IMG/VR virus record: IMGVR_UViG_3300023259_000001
Coordinates: 1-64,000 of that record
From: a virus
Taxonomy: Duplodnaviria; Caudoviricetes
Length of the DNA: 64,000 nucleotides
Strand: one strand, 5' to 3'
The notes under the pieces were generated by a model. It had not been told where the DNA came from, made no database searches, and saw only the letters and a program-made list of their open reading frames with translations. This document shows, one piece after another, positions 9,065 through 18,541 of this stretch (position 1 is the first letter of the stretch; each line of letters begins with the position of its first letter). Position numbers and translations under genes: made by a program.

Positions 9065-9561
9065 GCTGCCTTTTTGAGTTCCAGCCAATCGGCGTCGAGT
9101 TCCGCGGAAATCGCTTTGCCGATGCCTGCGACCGACACGACGATGCGGTTATGCTTCCCGATGCGGACCACTGTGCCGTACACGCCGGCCATGGGGCCGC
9201 GGCGAATATGCACTGGCGTGCCGTCCTTGAGTTGCTCGGCGGTCAGGCCGGTGGCGGTCTGCACGCTCGGAGATCGTTCCATGATCCGTACGCTTTCGAT
9301 GGTCAGGTCGGGGATGACGGCGGGTTCGCCGTCTGTTGTCAGGATGCGAATCACGTGCGGATTAGCGACGATCAGCGGCGTGCTTTTGAACTTCGCGAAC
9401 ACATAGCCGGGGAACAGTGCGCGGCGGACAATCTCTTTTTTGCCGGCGTGCTTCAGCTCCACGGAGCGGGACGGCCAATAACTTTTGGCACCCTGCGCTT
9501 CCAGGCGATCGGCAACGCGATCCTCGTGGCTGGTGTGGACTTGCAGGACGTACCAGGACAT
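9061..9561 (-). CDS. NusG paralogue (RfaH/UpxY/LoaP-type transcription antiterminator)
   Basis: WYVLQV, ALFPGYVFAKF NGN motif, KOW motif VHIRRGPMAGVYG. Confidence 0.9.
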   Translation of the reverse strand: MSWYVLQVHTSHEDRVADRLEAQGAKSYWPSRSVELKHAGKKEIVRRALFPGYVFAKFKSTPLIVANPHVIRILTTDGEPAVIPDLTIESVRIMERSPSVQTATGLTAEQLKDGTPVHIRRGPMAGVYGTVVRIGKHNRIVVSVAGIGKAISAELDADWLELKKAA

Positions 9562-9989
9562 CAGGCTTGCGCCTCGGTGCTGGCTGCTGGCTCTGCTTGG
9601 CGTTCTTTCACCCAGGCGCGTAACGCAGACGCGCAGACGGAGCACAGAAACGTGTTGGCGCTGACCGTGCGGCCGCATTCCACCGTGACGTCCGGCAGCG
9701 CGAGGCCTGGGCAGGGATGTGATCCCTTGGTAGGAGGCTGCCGGAGCCGCGTTTTCGCGCTCCAGATCTTCTGCCCTATGTGAAATTGGCCCATTCAGAC
9801 CCCAACCACTTCGTCGGCGAAGAACAGCATGCTGCTGTGATACCCAGGAACCCAGACGCGCACCGTGCCCAGCGGATCGGTCGTCACTAAGCCGGCATAC
9901 CGCACGGGTAAGCCGTCGAGTTGGCTAACGTGTCTGGCGTTCAGTCGCAAGGCAGCCTCCGGCCGAACCGGGTTAAAACCCTCTGCCAA
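9561..9989 (-). CDS. Two small hypotheticals (9795-9989; 9561-9794 with CG..CSVC Zn motif)
   Basis: Coupled ORFs. Confidence 0.5.
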
Positions 9990-10021
9990 ATTCGGCGGTA
10001 AAAGTCTCGTCGCTTACGCGA

Positions 10022-10237
10022 CTATCGCGGCACAAACCGATGCGAAAAGCGCGGCCGGATGTGCTGGTGGAAGTGCCTTCCCAGCGACGGAGCGCCTATG
10101 AGCGCCTCGTGATCCTCGGGCGCCACGCCATAGTAGTCGTGCTGTGCCCCGGTCTGAAACTGCAGCCTCATCGTCTGGCTGGCGGGATCGTAGCCCACCG
10201 CGGCGAAACAGCCGGAGGTGACGGGCTGCATGTCCAT
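10022..10237 (-). CDS. KTSC-domain protein
   Basis: VTSGCFAAVGYDPASQTMRLQF..Y.GVAPE.H.ALIGAPSLGRHFHQHIR. Confidence 0.85.
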   Translation of the reverse strand: MDMQPVTSGCFAAVGYDPASQTMRLQFQTGAQHDYYGVAPEDHEALIGAPSLGRHFHQHIRPRFSHRFVPR

Positions 10238-10713
10238 TACACCGCCGCCTTGGTTGTCGCCGGCGCGAGTGCCGTTACGTTGTAATTCCGCGGGCCGGTG
10301 CGTTCTTCGGCCACGTGCTTCTTGACAAACTCCTTGCCCAACTGCGCCTTCAGCTCCGCGAGCGTGATCGAGAACGACGCGAACGGATTCGCCTTCAGGT
10401 TCTTCAGTTTCTTCCACGCCAATTGCTTCACGGTGACAGTGATGGGGCGTTGAATCTCGCGCGGCGTGATCTCAAGCTGGTAAGCTTTGCCGAGGCAGAG
10501 TTGCTGGCTTTCGGCGCCCAGGTCAGGGTACCGTCCGGCCAGTTCCTTGAGAAGGGCCGCGCGAGATGCTGCATGCGGATTGATTTGCGGTTGGAATAGC
10601 TTGAACTGCCGATCGGCTTCGCCGAGTCGGTCGACTAAGGTTTCGATGGAAAGAGAAGAGACGGGAAGCGAGGGGGAATTTGCTGAAAGGTCCGCTGTTT
10701 GCTTTCCCGCCAT
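10237..10713 (-). CDS. Hypothetical protein
   Basis: 158-aa ORF, TAATG-coupled to the KTSC gene. Confidence 0.6.
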   Translation of the reverse strand: MAGKQTADLSANSPSLPVSSLSIETLVDRLGEADRQFKLFQPQINPHAASRAALLKELAGRYPDLGAESQQLCLGKAYQLEITPREIQRPITVTVKQLAWKKLKNLKANPFASFSITLAELKAQLGKEFVKKHVAEERTGPRNYNVTALAPATTKAAV

Positions 10714-10780
10714 GTCAGTCTACATGGTAAGGGCTTAGCCCCGATTTTGTATGTACGCAATTGCAATGCGTAGTTTTCAA

Positions 10781-11200
10781 CTACGTTTTGGGGCCGGGGT
10801 CAGGGTCCGGGGGAATGCTCGCGATGTCCTCGCCAGCGCCGCGCGCGTAAGTGCAGAATGGCTCGCCGCACGTGCAGCCTTCGGGGTGTTGCTTAATGCC
10901 GACGGCGGTGCCGGCCTTTGCGCTGCTGTGAGACATAGCCCAGCGCGTCAGAAGCGCCTGGGTGTGGATGCGCAGCCCCTGCCGGAGGTGTTTGGCGTGC
11001 CCGGTGATTGTAGACGTTGAGACGCCTAGCGAGTAGGCAATCTCTTTGATGGTCTCGCCGCAGGCGAGCAGGAACACGACCAGTCGTTCGCGGCGCGAGA
11101 GTATCGCGGCGTCCTGGGGCGCGGCCGTGAGCTTCCCGGTTTCCGGGTCGATCAGCCTCTGCCGGATATGTTTGATAATAATCCCCTTTTGGGCATCGAT
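10781..11200 (-). CDS. LuxR/GerE-type HTH regulator 1 with C-terminal Cys/His motif (start uncertain)
   Basis: LSRRERLVVFLLACGETIKEIAYSLGVSTSTITGHAKHLRQGL; HPEGCTCGEPFC. Confidence 0.75.
   Translation of the reverse strand: MDAQKGIIIKHIRQRLIDPETGKLTAAPQDAAILSRRERLVVFLLACGETIKEIAYSLGVSTSTITGHAKHLRQGLRIHTQALLTRWAMSHSSAKAGTAVGIKQHPEGCTCGEPFCTYARGAGEDIASIPPDPDPGPKT
10783..10834 (+). repeat. 52-bp direct repeat, copy A (identical to 26523-26574)
   Basis: acgttttggggccggggtcagggtccgggggaatgctcgcgatgtcctcgcc. Confidence 0.95.
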
Positions 11201-11305
11201 TTCATATCCCCACTTTGAGGATACTGCATTTGGGGGCTTGTGTCTCGCTGTGCAAGCGTTGTAAATAAAGAGTATTGCACCCGTTTTTTCGATTAAGGGA
11301 GCCCG

Positions 11306-11632
11306 ATGACACTGAATCTCGTACCGCGGCTCAGCCAAGATGAGGTCAAGCTGACCGCGAAGCAATGCGAACTCTTGCGCTTGCTTGACAAAGGTTTCGC
11401 GCACAAAGAGATCGCCGCACAGATGGGCATAGCGCTGTCCACGGAAATGACGGCGTTCGGTCGCATCAAGGAAAAGCTGGGCCTGGCCACGCGGTCGGAA
11501 GTCCGGCGCTGGGCGCAGACGCACACCGCTGCGGTCGCTATGCCGAAGACGCCGGCGCCGCGCGAGCTGCACTCGGACGGCTGCCCGTGCGACGCGCACT
11601 ATTGCCGCGGCCAGCGGCTGCTCGCGGCGTAA
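11306..11632 (+). CDS. LuxR/GerE-type HTH regulator 2 with C-terminal Cys/His motif
   Basis: LTAKQCELLRLLDKGFAHKEIAAQMGIALST; HSDGCPCDAHYC; SD aagggag. Confidence 0.8.
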   Translation: MTLNLVPRLSQDEVKLTAKQCELLRLLDKGFAHKEIAAQMGIALSTEMTAFGRIKEKLGLATRSEVRRWAQTHTAAVAMPKTPAPRELHSDGCPCDAHYCRGQRLLAA

Positions 11633-11778
11633 AGGCGCGCCGGCCGACGGCTCGCGGATTTTCCCATCGTACCGGCGTGGGCCTGTCGATACGTGGCAAA
11701 TAGCGCACCGGTTTTGCGCGTAACGCGTTGAGTAATAAAGAGTTACGTCGCTTTGTGCGGGTTTTTGAAGTGGAAAGG

Positions 11779-11844
11779 AAAAGGTCTGTACAGACCTTTT
11801 GGACCTTAGTTGGCCGACTGGCTAAAAGGTCTGTACAGACCTTT
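11779..11844. repeat. Two perfect palindromes: AAAAGGTCTGTACAGACCTTTT (11779-11800) and its 20-bp core (11825-11844)
   Basis: Read directly; recurs at 36955-36976. Confidence 0.95.
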
Positions 11845-11922
11845 GACTGCATGACTGCCTTGGGGGCATCTCGATGCGCGGGACGCGGAACGTTCGGTAC
11901 ACTGCGCTGCTCATCCGAGAAG

Positions 11923-11953
11923 ATGATAGCACGCTTGTCGCCCGCGGTGTCAA
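11923..11953 (-). promoter_or_regulatory. Putative leftward sigma70 promoter TTGACA-N19-TATCAT with extended -10 (TG)
   Basis: tgtcaa at 11948-11953, atgata at 11923-11928; spacer is long. Confidence 0.4.
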
Positions 11954-12224
11954 GAAGTCTATTGGAATAAACGCGCCCGCCGATTCTCCCCACGTTCGGT
12001 TGCTTCAATGCGTTACTGCACAGATGGGCAATATGAACGCGCGCCAGTATAAGCCTGCCTAATTCTGTCGTCGTGCTTGAGCCGTCGAAACCGATAGTAC
12101 TTGCGCTTCCGCCTGCCGCGTTGTAAGCTGACTGGCGTTATGCGCGAGGGCCGGTCACTGCCGGTCTCACCCCGAGATCCGGACACCACCTTGGCCGGCC
12201 CTCGACACTCTGTGGTGGAGTGAA

Positions 12225-13502
12225 ATGGAGAAGCCCCCACAATCAGCGACAGGCAGACGCGGCGACGCGGCGACGCGGCGACGCACGTATGGCTCGCTGT
12301 TCAGCGGCATCGGTGGCCTGGATTTAGGCTTTGACCGCGCCGGCTTCGAGTGCCGCTTCCAAATTGAGATCGACCCATTCTGCCGCGAGATTCTAGAGAA
12401 GCACTGGCCTGGAGTTCCCAAACACCATGACATCCGCGTTGCTACCGCTGCCGTTCTTTCACCCGTCGATGTGCTCATTGGCGGCTTCCCATGTCAGGAC
12501 GTTTCCCAAGCCGGAAAGCGAGCTGGCATTGAAGGATCTCGCACGGGCCTTTGGGCTGAGTTCGCCCGAATTATTGGCGAGCTTCGACCCCGATACGTGG
12601 TCGCTGAGAACGTCCCAGGGCTCCTTACTAGCAGAGGAGCAATGGGGCGAGTGCTTGGAGACCTTGCCAGACTCGGGTATGTGGGATGCTGGCGCTGTCT
12701 ACGGGCTTCGGAGTTCGGAGCTTCGCACATCCGAAAGCGCGTCTTCATTGTGGCCTACAACGCGCGCGACTTCGGGTGGGGGGAATCGCTCGGCATACGA
12801 GGGAGGGCCGTACAGGGAGGGGCTTCAGACGTTGGCGCAGAATTGGCCGACGCCAGACACGATGGGAGATCGGGACGGCACCATATTGCGGAAGGACAAC
12901 AATCTGGCAGAGGGGGGCAGCCATGGTGGCCCGAGCAAGAACCTGCGGGAAGTGGTCGAGAGCTTCCCCGCTTCGCTCCAGGCCCCTCAGATCCAAGATG
13001 GCCAGACATCCTCAGAGAGCGCCCCGACCTCGCGCCGGCTTTGGCCTACGATCCGAAGCCACGAAGTAGGCGACTACCAAAATCAAGTGGACGGCTCGAC
13101 GCAGCCGACGCTGACAGGAGTAGCGCGGGGCTGGAACGGGTCGGGCAATTCGGATGCGGGCGATGCGGCGGCAGATTCGCAGCCTTCGGAGAGCAGCCCT
13201 GGGATAACGACTTCGGAATCGTGCCGATTGCTTCTTGCCCCTGGTGCGGACATGCAGGCGACGGAACCATCACCTACGACACCGAGCACGGCGGCACCGG
13301 CAACCCAGGCGAACCCGACCTCGGCCCAGAAGAGGAGGCTCAATCCGAGATTTGTCTGCTGGCTGATGGGCTTCCCGCTGGGCTGGACAGAGCGATGCAA
13401 GACCGCACCAAGCGACTGAGCCGCCTGGGTAATGCCGTAGTGCCAGACTGCGCTGAGTGGATCGCGCGCCGGCTGGCGGAGTTCGACGAGGTGTACGCAT
13501 GA
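12225..13502 (+). CDS. C5-cytosine DNA methyltransferase, alpha polypeptide
   Basis: Motif I SLFSGIGG, IV GGFPCQ, VI ENVPG, VIII HIRKRVF, X LGNAVVP. Confidence 0.9.
   Translation: MEKPPQSATGRRGDAATRRRTYGSLFSGIGGLDLGFDRAGFECRFQIEIDPFCREILEKHWPGVPKHHDIRVATAAVLSPVDVLIGGFPCQDVSQAGKRAGIEGSRTGLWAEFARIIGELRPRYVVAENVPGLLTSRGAMGRVLGDLARLGYVGCWRCLRASEFGASHIRKRVFIVAYNARDFGWGESLGIRGRAVQGGASDVGAELADARHDGRSGRHHIAEGQQSGRGGQPWWPEQEPAGSGRELPRFAPGPSDPRWPDILRERPDLAPALAYDPKPRSRRLPKSSGRLDAADADRSSAGLERVGQFGCGRCGGRFAAFGEQPWDNDFGIVPIASCPWCGHAGDGTITYDTEHGGTGNPGEPDLGPEEEAQSEICLLADGLPAGLDRAMQDRTKRLSRLGNAVVPDCAEWIARRLAEFDEVYA
12427..13419 (+). CDS. Overlapping alternative-frame beta polypeptide of the C5-MTase (start 12427 or 12469)
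   Basis: LWPT/WPTP repeats and motif IX-like RRLNPRFVCWLMGFPLGWT, a motif missing from the alpha frame. Confidence 0.7.
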   Translation: MTSALLPLPFFHPSMCSLAASHVRTFPKPESELALKDLARAFGLSSPELLASFDPDTWSLRTSQGSLLAEEQWGECLETLPDSGMWDAGAVYGLRSSELRTSESASSLWPTTRATSGGGNRSAYEGGPYREGLQTLAQNWPTPDTMGDRDGTILRKDNNLAEGGSHGGPSKNLREVVESFPASLQAPQIQDGQTSSESAPTSRRLWPTIRSHEVGDYQNQVDGSTQPTLTGVARGWNGSGNSDAGDAAADSQPSESSPGITTSESCRLLLAPGADMQATEPSPTTPSTAAPATQANPTSAQKRRLNPRFVCWLMGFPLGWTERCKTAPSD

Positions 13503-13755
13503 ACGCAGCTACGCCCGTAGTTGGGGTCGCTGCAGGTGAAAGCCGCGGGCGTCCGCCTCCGGCTATACAAAATTGCATATTCGCCGGTCTTAATCTTGGC
13601 AGGTCAGGCCCGGCAAAAGCGCAAACACTTAGCGCCGGAGGCACGGCTTCTCCTCTATTTTCGCAAGCCCCCACCTCAAAACGCAAGTGCATCGACGCGC
13701 GTTTTCACGCCCATGCGGGCGGTGAAGACGTTAAACCCAGCCAATCGGAGGAAGC

Positions 13756-14592
13756 GTGAAGGACTGGACGCCGCAAGCGATCACCAAACTGGGTGTGCTC
13801 TATCCGCACCACCCCACCTGGGCCGTGGCGGAACTACTGAATCGTTCCATCGCTTCCGTCAAGAGCAAGGCGGGGGTTCTGAATCTCCGCAAGCCGGGGA
13901 GGCAAGTCTGGACGGCGGAAGAATTGGATCTCCTGCGCAAGCTCTACGCGGACCATTCGAGCGCGGAAATCGCGCAGCGCGTCGGCCGCAGCGTCGGCAA
14001 GGTCTATCAAGCCGCGGCGCGTCTGGGGCTGCAAAAGAGCGCGAAGTACATGGCGCACAATGTGGGCTTCGTCCTGCAGCCGGGCATTGGGGCGGCCTAT
14101 CGCTTCCCCAAGGGACACGCTCCCGCAAACAAGGGATTACGGCGCCCGGGCTACGCGCCAGGGCGGATGGCGCAGACGCAGTTCAAGAAAGGCCAGCGCG
14201 CCGGCGCCGCCGAAAAACTCTGGAAGCCAGTGGGAACCATCGTTGCCGATCCCGAGGGCTACCTGCGCATCAAGGTCCGGGAGCGCGTCAACGGCCAGCC
14301 GCCTGGATGGAGCAAGGAGATCTGGCCATTGCTTCATTGGCGCGTCTACGAGCAGCATAAAGGTCCGATCCCCAAGGGACACAAGGTGGTATTCCGAGAT
14401 CGAAACCGGTCTCATTGTGAGATCGAAAATCTGGAACTGATAACGGATGGAGAGATGATGAGACGCAACTCTATCCACAACCTGCCCCCTGAACTCAAGC
14501 AGGTAATTGTGCTTAACGGGGCACTGAAACGAAGACTAAGGAGACTCTGTGGCAAAGAACAAACTGAGCGACTTGAACGACCACTTATTTGA
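13756..14592 (+). CDS. HNH endonuclease with tandem N-terminal HTH-like repeats
   Basis: Two WT.....L..LY....A..L.RS..V..A..L.L repeats; HWRVYEQHKGPIPKGHKVVFRDRNRSHCEIENLELI. Confidence 0.85.
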   Translation: MKDWTPQAITKLGVLYPHHPTWAVAELLNRSIASVKSKAGVLNLRKPGRQVWTAEELDLLRKLYADHSSAEIAQRVGRSVGKVYQAAARLGLQKSAKYMAHNVGFVLQPGIGAAYRFPKGHAPANKGLRRPGYAPGRMAQTQFKKGQRAGAAEKLWKPVGTIVADPEGYLRIKVRERVNGQPPGWSKEIWPLLHWRVYEQHKGPIPKGHKVVFRDRNRSHCEIENLELITDGEMMRRNSIHNLPPELKQVIVLNGALKRRLRRLCGKEQTERLERPLI

Positions 14593-15736
14593 AACCATCG
14601 AAGCGTTGAAAGACCCCGATAAGCCCATGGAAATCGCGCGCGCCCTGGCCATCACCCACGTCGCGGATGCAATAGTGAAGGCCGCCAAGGTTCAGCTCGA
14701 TTACCACAAGACCGTGGAGCGGTTCACTGAGGAAGACGGCAGGTTTTTCGAACCCGGCGGCAAGCGGCTGCTGGTAAACGGGAAGGCCGGCCACGCATGA
14801 AAACCAGCAATGGCAAGCTATCCCGCCTGATCGTAGTCGAGATCGAGCACCAGCGCGTCATCGCGCGCATCCACGAAGCGGAATGGGAGGCGGCCAGGCT
14901 GTATTCCCTGGAAAGGTGGGGAGTCGGCGTGCTGTTGCTACACTGGCGGCACGCCTCAGAGGAACAGAAGGCGGCGGCGATGCTGCTGCCGGTGACGAAG
15001 ATCGCGGTCGTGCTGGCGCGCGAGTACTCGGCGCCGCGGGTTATGCGCGCGGGAGGTGGGCGATGAAACAGAAAGCTCTCTTCATGGAAACAACCACAAT
15101 CGACCCGATGCGCAGCGCCGGGGAGATCACGGCAGAGCTGGTCCGCGCCGGGGCCAAGTCGGTCAACACCGATTACAAGGATGGGAAGGTCTCGGGCCTG
15201 CGCTGGATCATGCGCGTGAACGAGACCGACATAGTGTTCGACATGCCGGTGCGCGTTCTGCCCATGGACGCGTATTTCCGGAAGCGCCACGGCGGATACA
15301 TTAACCTGCAGGATGCCGAGAAGATCCGTGCTAAGGCCGAGCGTGTGGCGTGGCGTCACCTGCTGCGCTGGGTCCAGATCCAAAGCGCACTGATCGAGAC
15401 CGGCATGGTGCAACCCGCCGAAGTCTATCTGCCCTACATGGTGATCCACACCAGCGGGCGCACACTATTCCAGCAGATGAGCGAGTCGCAATTCAAAATG
15501 CTGGCGGCGCCGGCTGGAGGTGGGCGATGAGGCGAACCCCGGCCGAGATCCTACGCGCGATCAAATTCGAGAGGGCAGAAGCGGCTGAGGCGAAAGGCAC
15601 CGTTGTCGAGGTCATACACAAAACCCTAGAGGACTGCCTGAAGTGGTGCGTCGGCGATGACGGCACCGAATATGGCGGCCACATGAAGCGCAGGAAACAG
15701 GAAGCAAAGAAGATGCCGGGAGGGAAGACGAGATGA
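14549..15736 (+). CDS. Four phage hypotheticals: 14549-14800, 14797-15066, 15063-15530, 15527-15736
   Basis: Coupled ORFs; 14549 (KNKLSDLNDHLFE) resembles a family often found after such HNH genes. Confidence 0.65.
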
Positions 15737-17085
15737 TGAACGCACAGACGAAACCGAAGCCAACAGCTTCCGAGACGAACGGCGGCGACAGCCACCTGAA
15801 GAAGTTTGCGGCTGAATTAGGGGCGCCGTGGCTCGATCCGATACCGCCCGCTCAATATCTACAGTTTGCCACGGATCCCGACTGCGAACCGTGGCTACGG
15901 GTCTGGGCGACGATCCTCGCCTGCACGATCGCCATAGGGTGCCGGTCCGCGTTCGCTATCAACCGGACCACCAGAAAGCCCATCACCATCGAGGATATTG
16001 CCAAACAACTGAAAATCGACGAAGGAAACGCGCGTCGGGCGCTTCGCCGGCTGCTTGTACAGAACCGCGTGCGCCGGGACGAAGAAGGGCGGCTGTGGCT
16101 TGCCGGCGTCTTTGAACTTCCCCGCGGCCCGCAACCGCTCAATCCGGACGACGATCCGGCCGCAATTCTCGAAAGGTCTGTTACAGACCTTTTCAAACCC
16201 TACTACGCGCGGCAAATTATGAGGCTTAAACCGCACATAATAAAGGAGTTAGTGTCTGAAAGGGAAGCGCGCGGAGAGAGATCTCGCTTCCGACTCGCCG
16301 ACGTGGTAGCTGCCGGGCGCCTCATGGATGATCGAGACGACAATGTGACGATGGCCCGGTACGGTATCAACCTCATCCGCGAAACGCACGATTTGCCGGC
16401 CGACAAGCGAGCTGAAATCGACGCCCGGCGCCTCCGTGCAGAGGATTTGATCCCGGTGCTCGAAAAGCATGTACAGGCCTTTTACAAGCCCGTTTCCAAA
16501 AGGTCTGTAACAAAGGGTAAATCGGCTTTGTTACAGACCTTTGAAATACCGCATGCGCACGCCGCAACCCCAGGCGAACACAAGAGTTCAGTAACGGCCC
16601 CGCGCGTGCTTTCAGAACAACAGAAGAGAGGAGGGGCTACTTTTGTAAACGGTAGTAATAATGGCGCGCCTCTTTCCGTGTCTGCTTCTGATCTTAAAAA
16701 AAGAGAGTTCAGTTCAGTTCCTTCAGAGAACCGAACTGAACCGAACTCTTCTCTTTTAGAACAGAGAACCGAGCAACTCAAAGAATTGCTAATGAGGTGG
16801 CTCGGAACGAAACTCTCGCCCGACAGCCCGGGCCCGCCCGTATTAGCTGGAATCCTGGAAGCGCTTGGCGATACCGACCTTACGCTCCTCGCCCAGCGGA
16901 TACAAACCCGCCTCGACTCGATCACATCCTACTGGATGGTTGTGCTCCTCGCCAAAGATGCGGAGAAGGCGGCGCAGGCACCCAAAACCGAAGCGCAATC
17001 CCAACCCAAGCCGCAGTCTGCGGCTGATAAATTTGCGGAGGAATACCATGCAAGAAAATCTCGAAACGCTACGTCAAACGTATAA
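15733..17085 (+). CDS. Putative replication initiator (lambda O-like, wHTH) with internal origin repeats
   Basis: ITIEDIAKQLKIDEGNARRALRRL HTH; internal AAAGGTCTGTAACA repeats and AT-rich stretch 16600-16780. Confidence 0.65.
   Translation: MMNAQTKPKPTASETNGGDSHLKKFAAELGAPWLDPIPPAQYLQFATDPDCEPWLRVWATILACTIAIGCRSAFAINRTTRKPITIEDIAKQLKIDEGNARRALRRLLVQNRVRRDEEGRLWLAGVFELPRGPQPLNPDDDPAAILERSVTDLFKPYYARQIMRLKPHIIKELVSEREARGERSRFRLADVVAAGRLMDDRDDNVTMARYGINLIRETHDLPADKRAEIDARRLRAEDLIPVLEKHVQAFYKPVSKRSVTKGKSALLQTFEIPHAHAATPGEHKSSVTAPRVLSEQQKRGGATFVNGSNNGAPLSVSASDLKKREFSSVPSENRTEPNSSLLEQRTEQLKELLMRWLGTKLSPDSPGPPVLAGILEALGDTDLTLLAQRIQTRLDSITSYWMVVLLAKDAEKAAQAPKTEAQSQPKPQSAADKFAEEYHARKSRNATSNV
16172..16542. 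repeat. Iteron-like AAAGGTCTGTAACA repeats (16180-16193 reverse, 16499-16512 forward, 16529-16542 reverse)
   Basis: Read directly inside the initiator gene. Confidence 0.75.
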
Positions 17086-17617
17086 CATTGCCTCGCGTCT
17101 CACATTGATACCAGGCTTCCCGAACCGCGACGAAGCGATCCGCGCGGTCTCCGACTGGCTCATAAAACAGTGCCCCGATCTAGAGTGCGCGGAGTGGCTG
17201 ATCCGCAGCGCGACAACCGAACGCTATGACGACGCCCCCTGGCAAGGCGTCCGTGAGCTCGAAACCCGCTACAACGCCAAGTACAACCCCGCGCTGCCGG
17301 CATTTGAGGCCGTCAAGCGCCGCTGCCCGAGATGCTGGGACACTGGCATCGTCAATTATGCCGATACGCCGGCCGAATGGTGCTCCTGTCCGATGGGTGC
17401 CAATATGCGAATCGCGGATCCGGAGGCGGTCGACAAACTGAATGTAAAGCCTGTGCGGCCATCAGCGGCCATCCGGATAGCCCAGATCAAAACAGCGGCC
17501 ATCCGGATAGCCGAGATCAACACATCAATCGACTTAGAGGTTGAGGAAATCAAGCGCATTCAGCGCGAGAACCAAGCCAAAAACGGTAGGGCGTTGGATG
17601 CCGGAGGTGACGCATGA
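17048..17617 (+). CDS. Replication accessory / helicase-loader-like Zn-finger protein
   Basis: CPRCWDTG..WCSC; directly follows the initiator; 30-nt tandem duplication at 17463-17522 (AAIRIA(Q/E)I(K/N)T twice). Confidence 0.5.
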   Translation: MQENLETLRQTYNIASRLTLIPGFPNRDEAIRAVSDWLIKQCPDLECAEWLIRSATTERYDDAPWQGVRELETRYNAKYNPALPAFEAVKRRCPRCWDTGIVNYADTPAEWCSCPMGANMRIADPEAVDKLNVKPVRPSAAIRIAQIKTAAIRIAEINTSIDLEVEEIKRIQRENQAKNGRALDAGGDA

Positions 17618-17945
17618 CCACTATCCAGCGCGTCGACGCCAAGATGAAAGGCTTCGCCCAGCGCCAGGCCGAGCGCGAACAGCAGAGGCGCGCGCGCCAG
17701 CGTGAGAAGCGGCGGCTGTACAGTAATGCCCTGCCGCGGCACATACGCAGCGCTTACCTAATTGCACGCGCACGGCTGGCCGAAGCGCGGGAAGGAGCAA
17801 CTGCATGAAAAGGCAAATTCCAGAAACGTGGCGCCGACCGAAAGGCAAGCCGATGCCCCCGGAGCAGAGAGCGGACATGCTCGAGGCTGCGTTGCTTCGC
17901 CGCATAGCGGCTGGCGTCGACCGCGAGGAGCAAACGCTGCCATGA
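17614..17945 (+). CDS. Two small hypotheticals (17614-17808, 17805-17945)
   Basis: ATGA-coupled. Confidence 0.5.
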
Positions 17946-18337
17946 CCTCCCAGCGCGCACTTTTCGGCGTCCGCTTGGGAGGTCCCGCGCATCCCCGTTG
18001 GCGCGGCGGCGTGTGCCTGAACGAAAAAGGCTACCGCCGCATCATGGCCGGGTCGCACCGCGGCAAATACGAGCACCGGCGGGTCATGGAAGAGATGCTG
18101 GAGCACCCGCTGTGCGCGCCCTACGTATTCCCCGAGCGCGGCGTCATCCCAGCCGGCCTTACGGTTGAGCACCTGGATCACACCCGCGCACACAACTGCC
18201 GCGAAAACCTGATGCTGCTCGACGAGCGCCTGCATAATGCAATCACCCAAGCCGGCTGCCGGTACATCCGGGAGCATTACGACGAGTGGCTGGTTTACCA
18301 GGCGCAGAAGAACGAGCCCGATTGGGTGACTGCATGA
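17942..18337 (+). CDS. HNH endonuclease
   Basis: HPRWRGG, KYEHRRVMEE, TVEHLDHTRAHNCRENLMLL. Confidence 0.8.
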   Translation: MTSQRALFGVRLGGPAHPRWRGGVCLNEKGYRRIMAGSHRGKYEHRRVMEEMLEHPLCAPYVFPERGVIPAGLTVEHLDHTRAHNCRENLMLLDERLHNAITQAGCRYIREHYDEWLVYQAQKNEPDWVTA

Positions 18338-18540
18338 AGTGCGAACAGTGCCACGACTGGGGCGTCGTGATTTTCCCCGGTGAGCCGTCGATCTGGTGCC
18401 GGTGCCCAGCCGGCCCCCTGCAGCAGCAGCAGGCATTAGAAAGGATTACTCAAGAGAGGAGGCTAACGGAATCAGGGGTTTCGCCATCCTGGGTCCGGGT
18501 GGTTGGCGCGGCCTTTGGTTTCTGGTCGTATCCGGAGTGA
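18334..18540 (+). CDS. Small Zn-finger protein
   Basis: CEQCHDWG..WCRC. Confidence 0.5.
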   Translation: MKCEQCHDWGVVIFPGEPSIWCRCPAGPLQQQQALERITQERRLTESGVSPSWVRVVGAAFGFWSYPE

Positions 18541-18541
18541 T

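Noticed and set aside
11538-12008. 156-aa minus-strand ORF over the palindromes
   Set aside because: AT-rich regulatory-looking DNA; the repeated KVCTDL is simply the palindrome translated
13263-13298. Further copy of the junction repeat family in the MTase beta frame
   Set aside because: Only the two ends match (ggaacca, cacggcggcacc) with different spacing; could be chance in GC-rich DNA
13499-13759. 86-aa ORF between the MTase and the HNH gene
   Set aside because: No motif and atypical composition; cannot be told apart from intergenic DNA
17463-17522. 30-nt tandem duplication as a regulatory repeat
   Set aside because: In-frame two-copy duplication inside a coding helix; most simply local slippage
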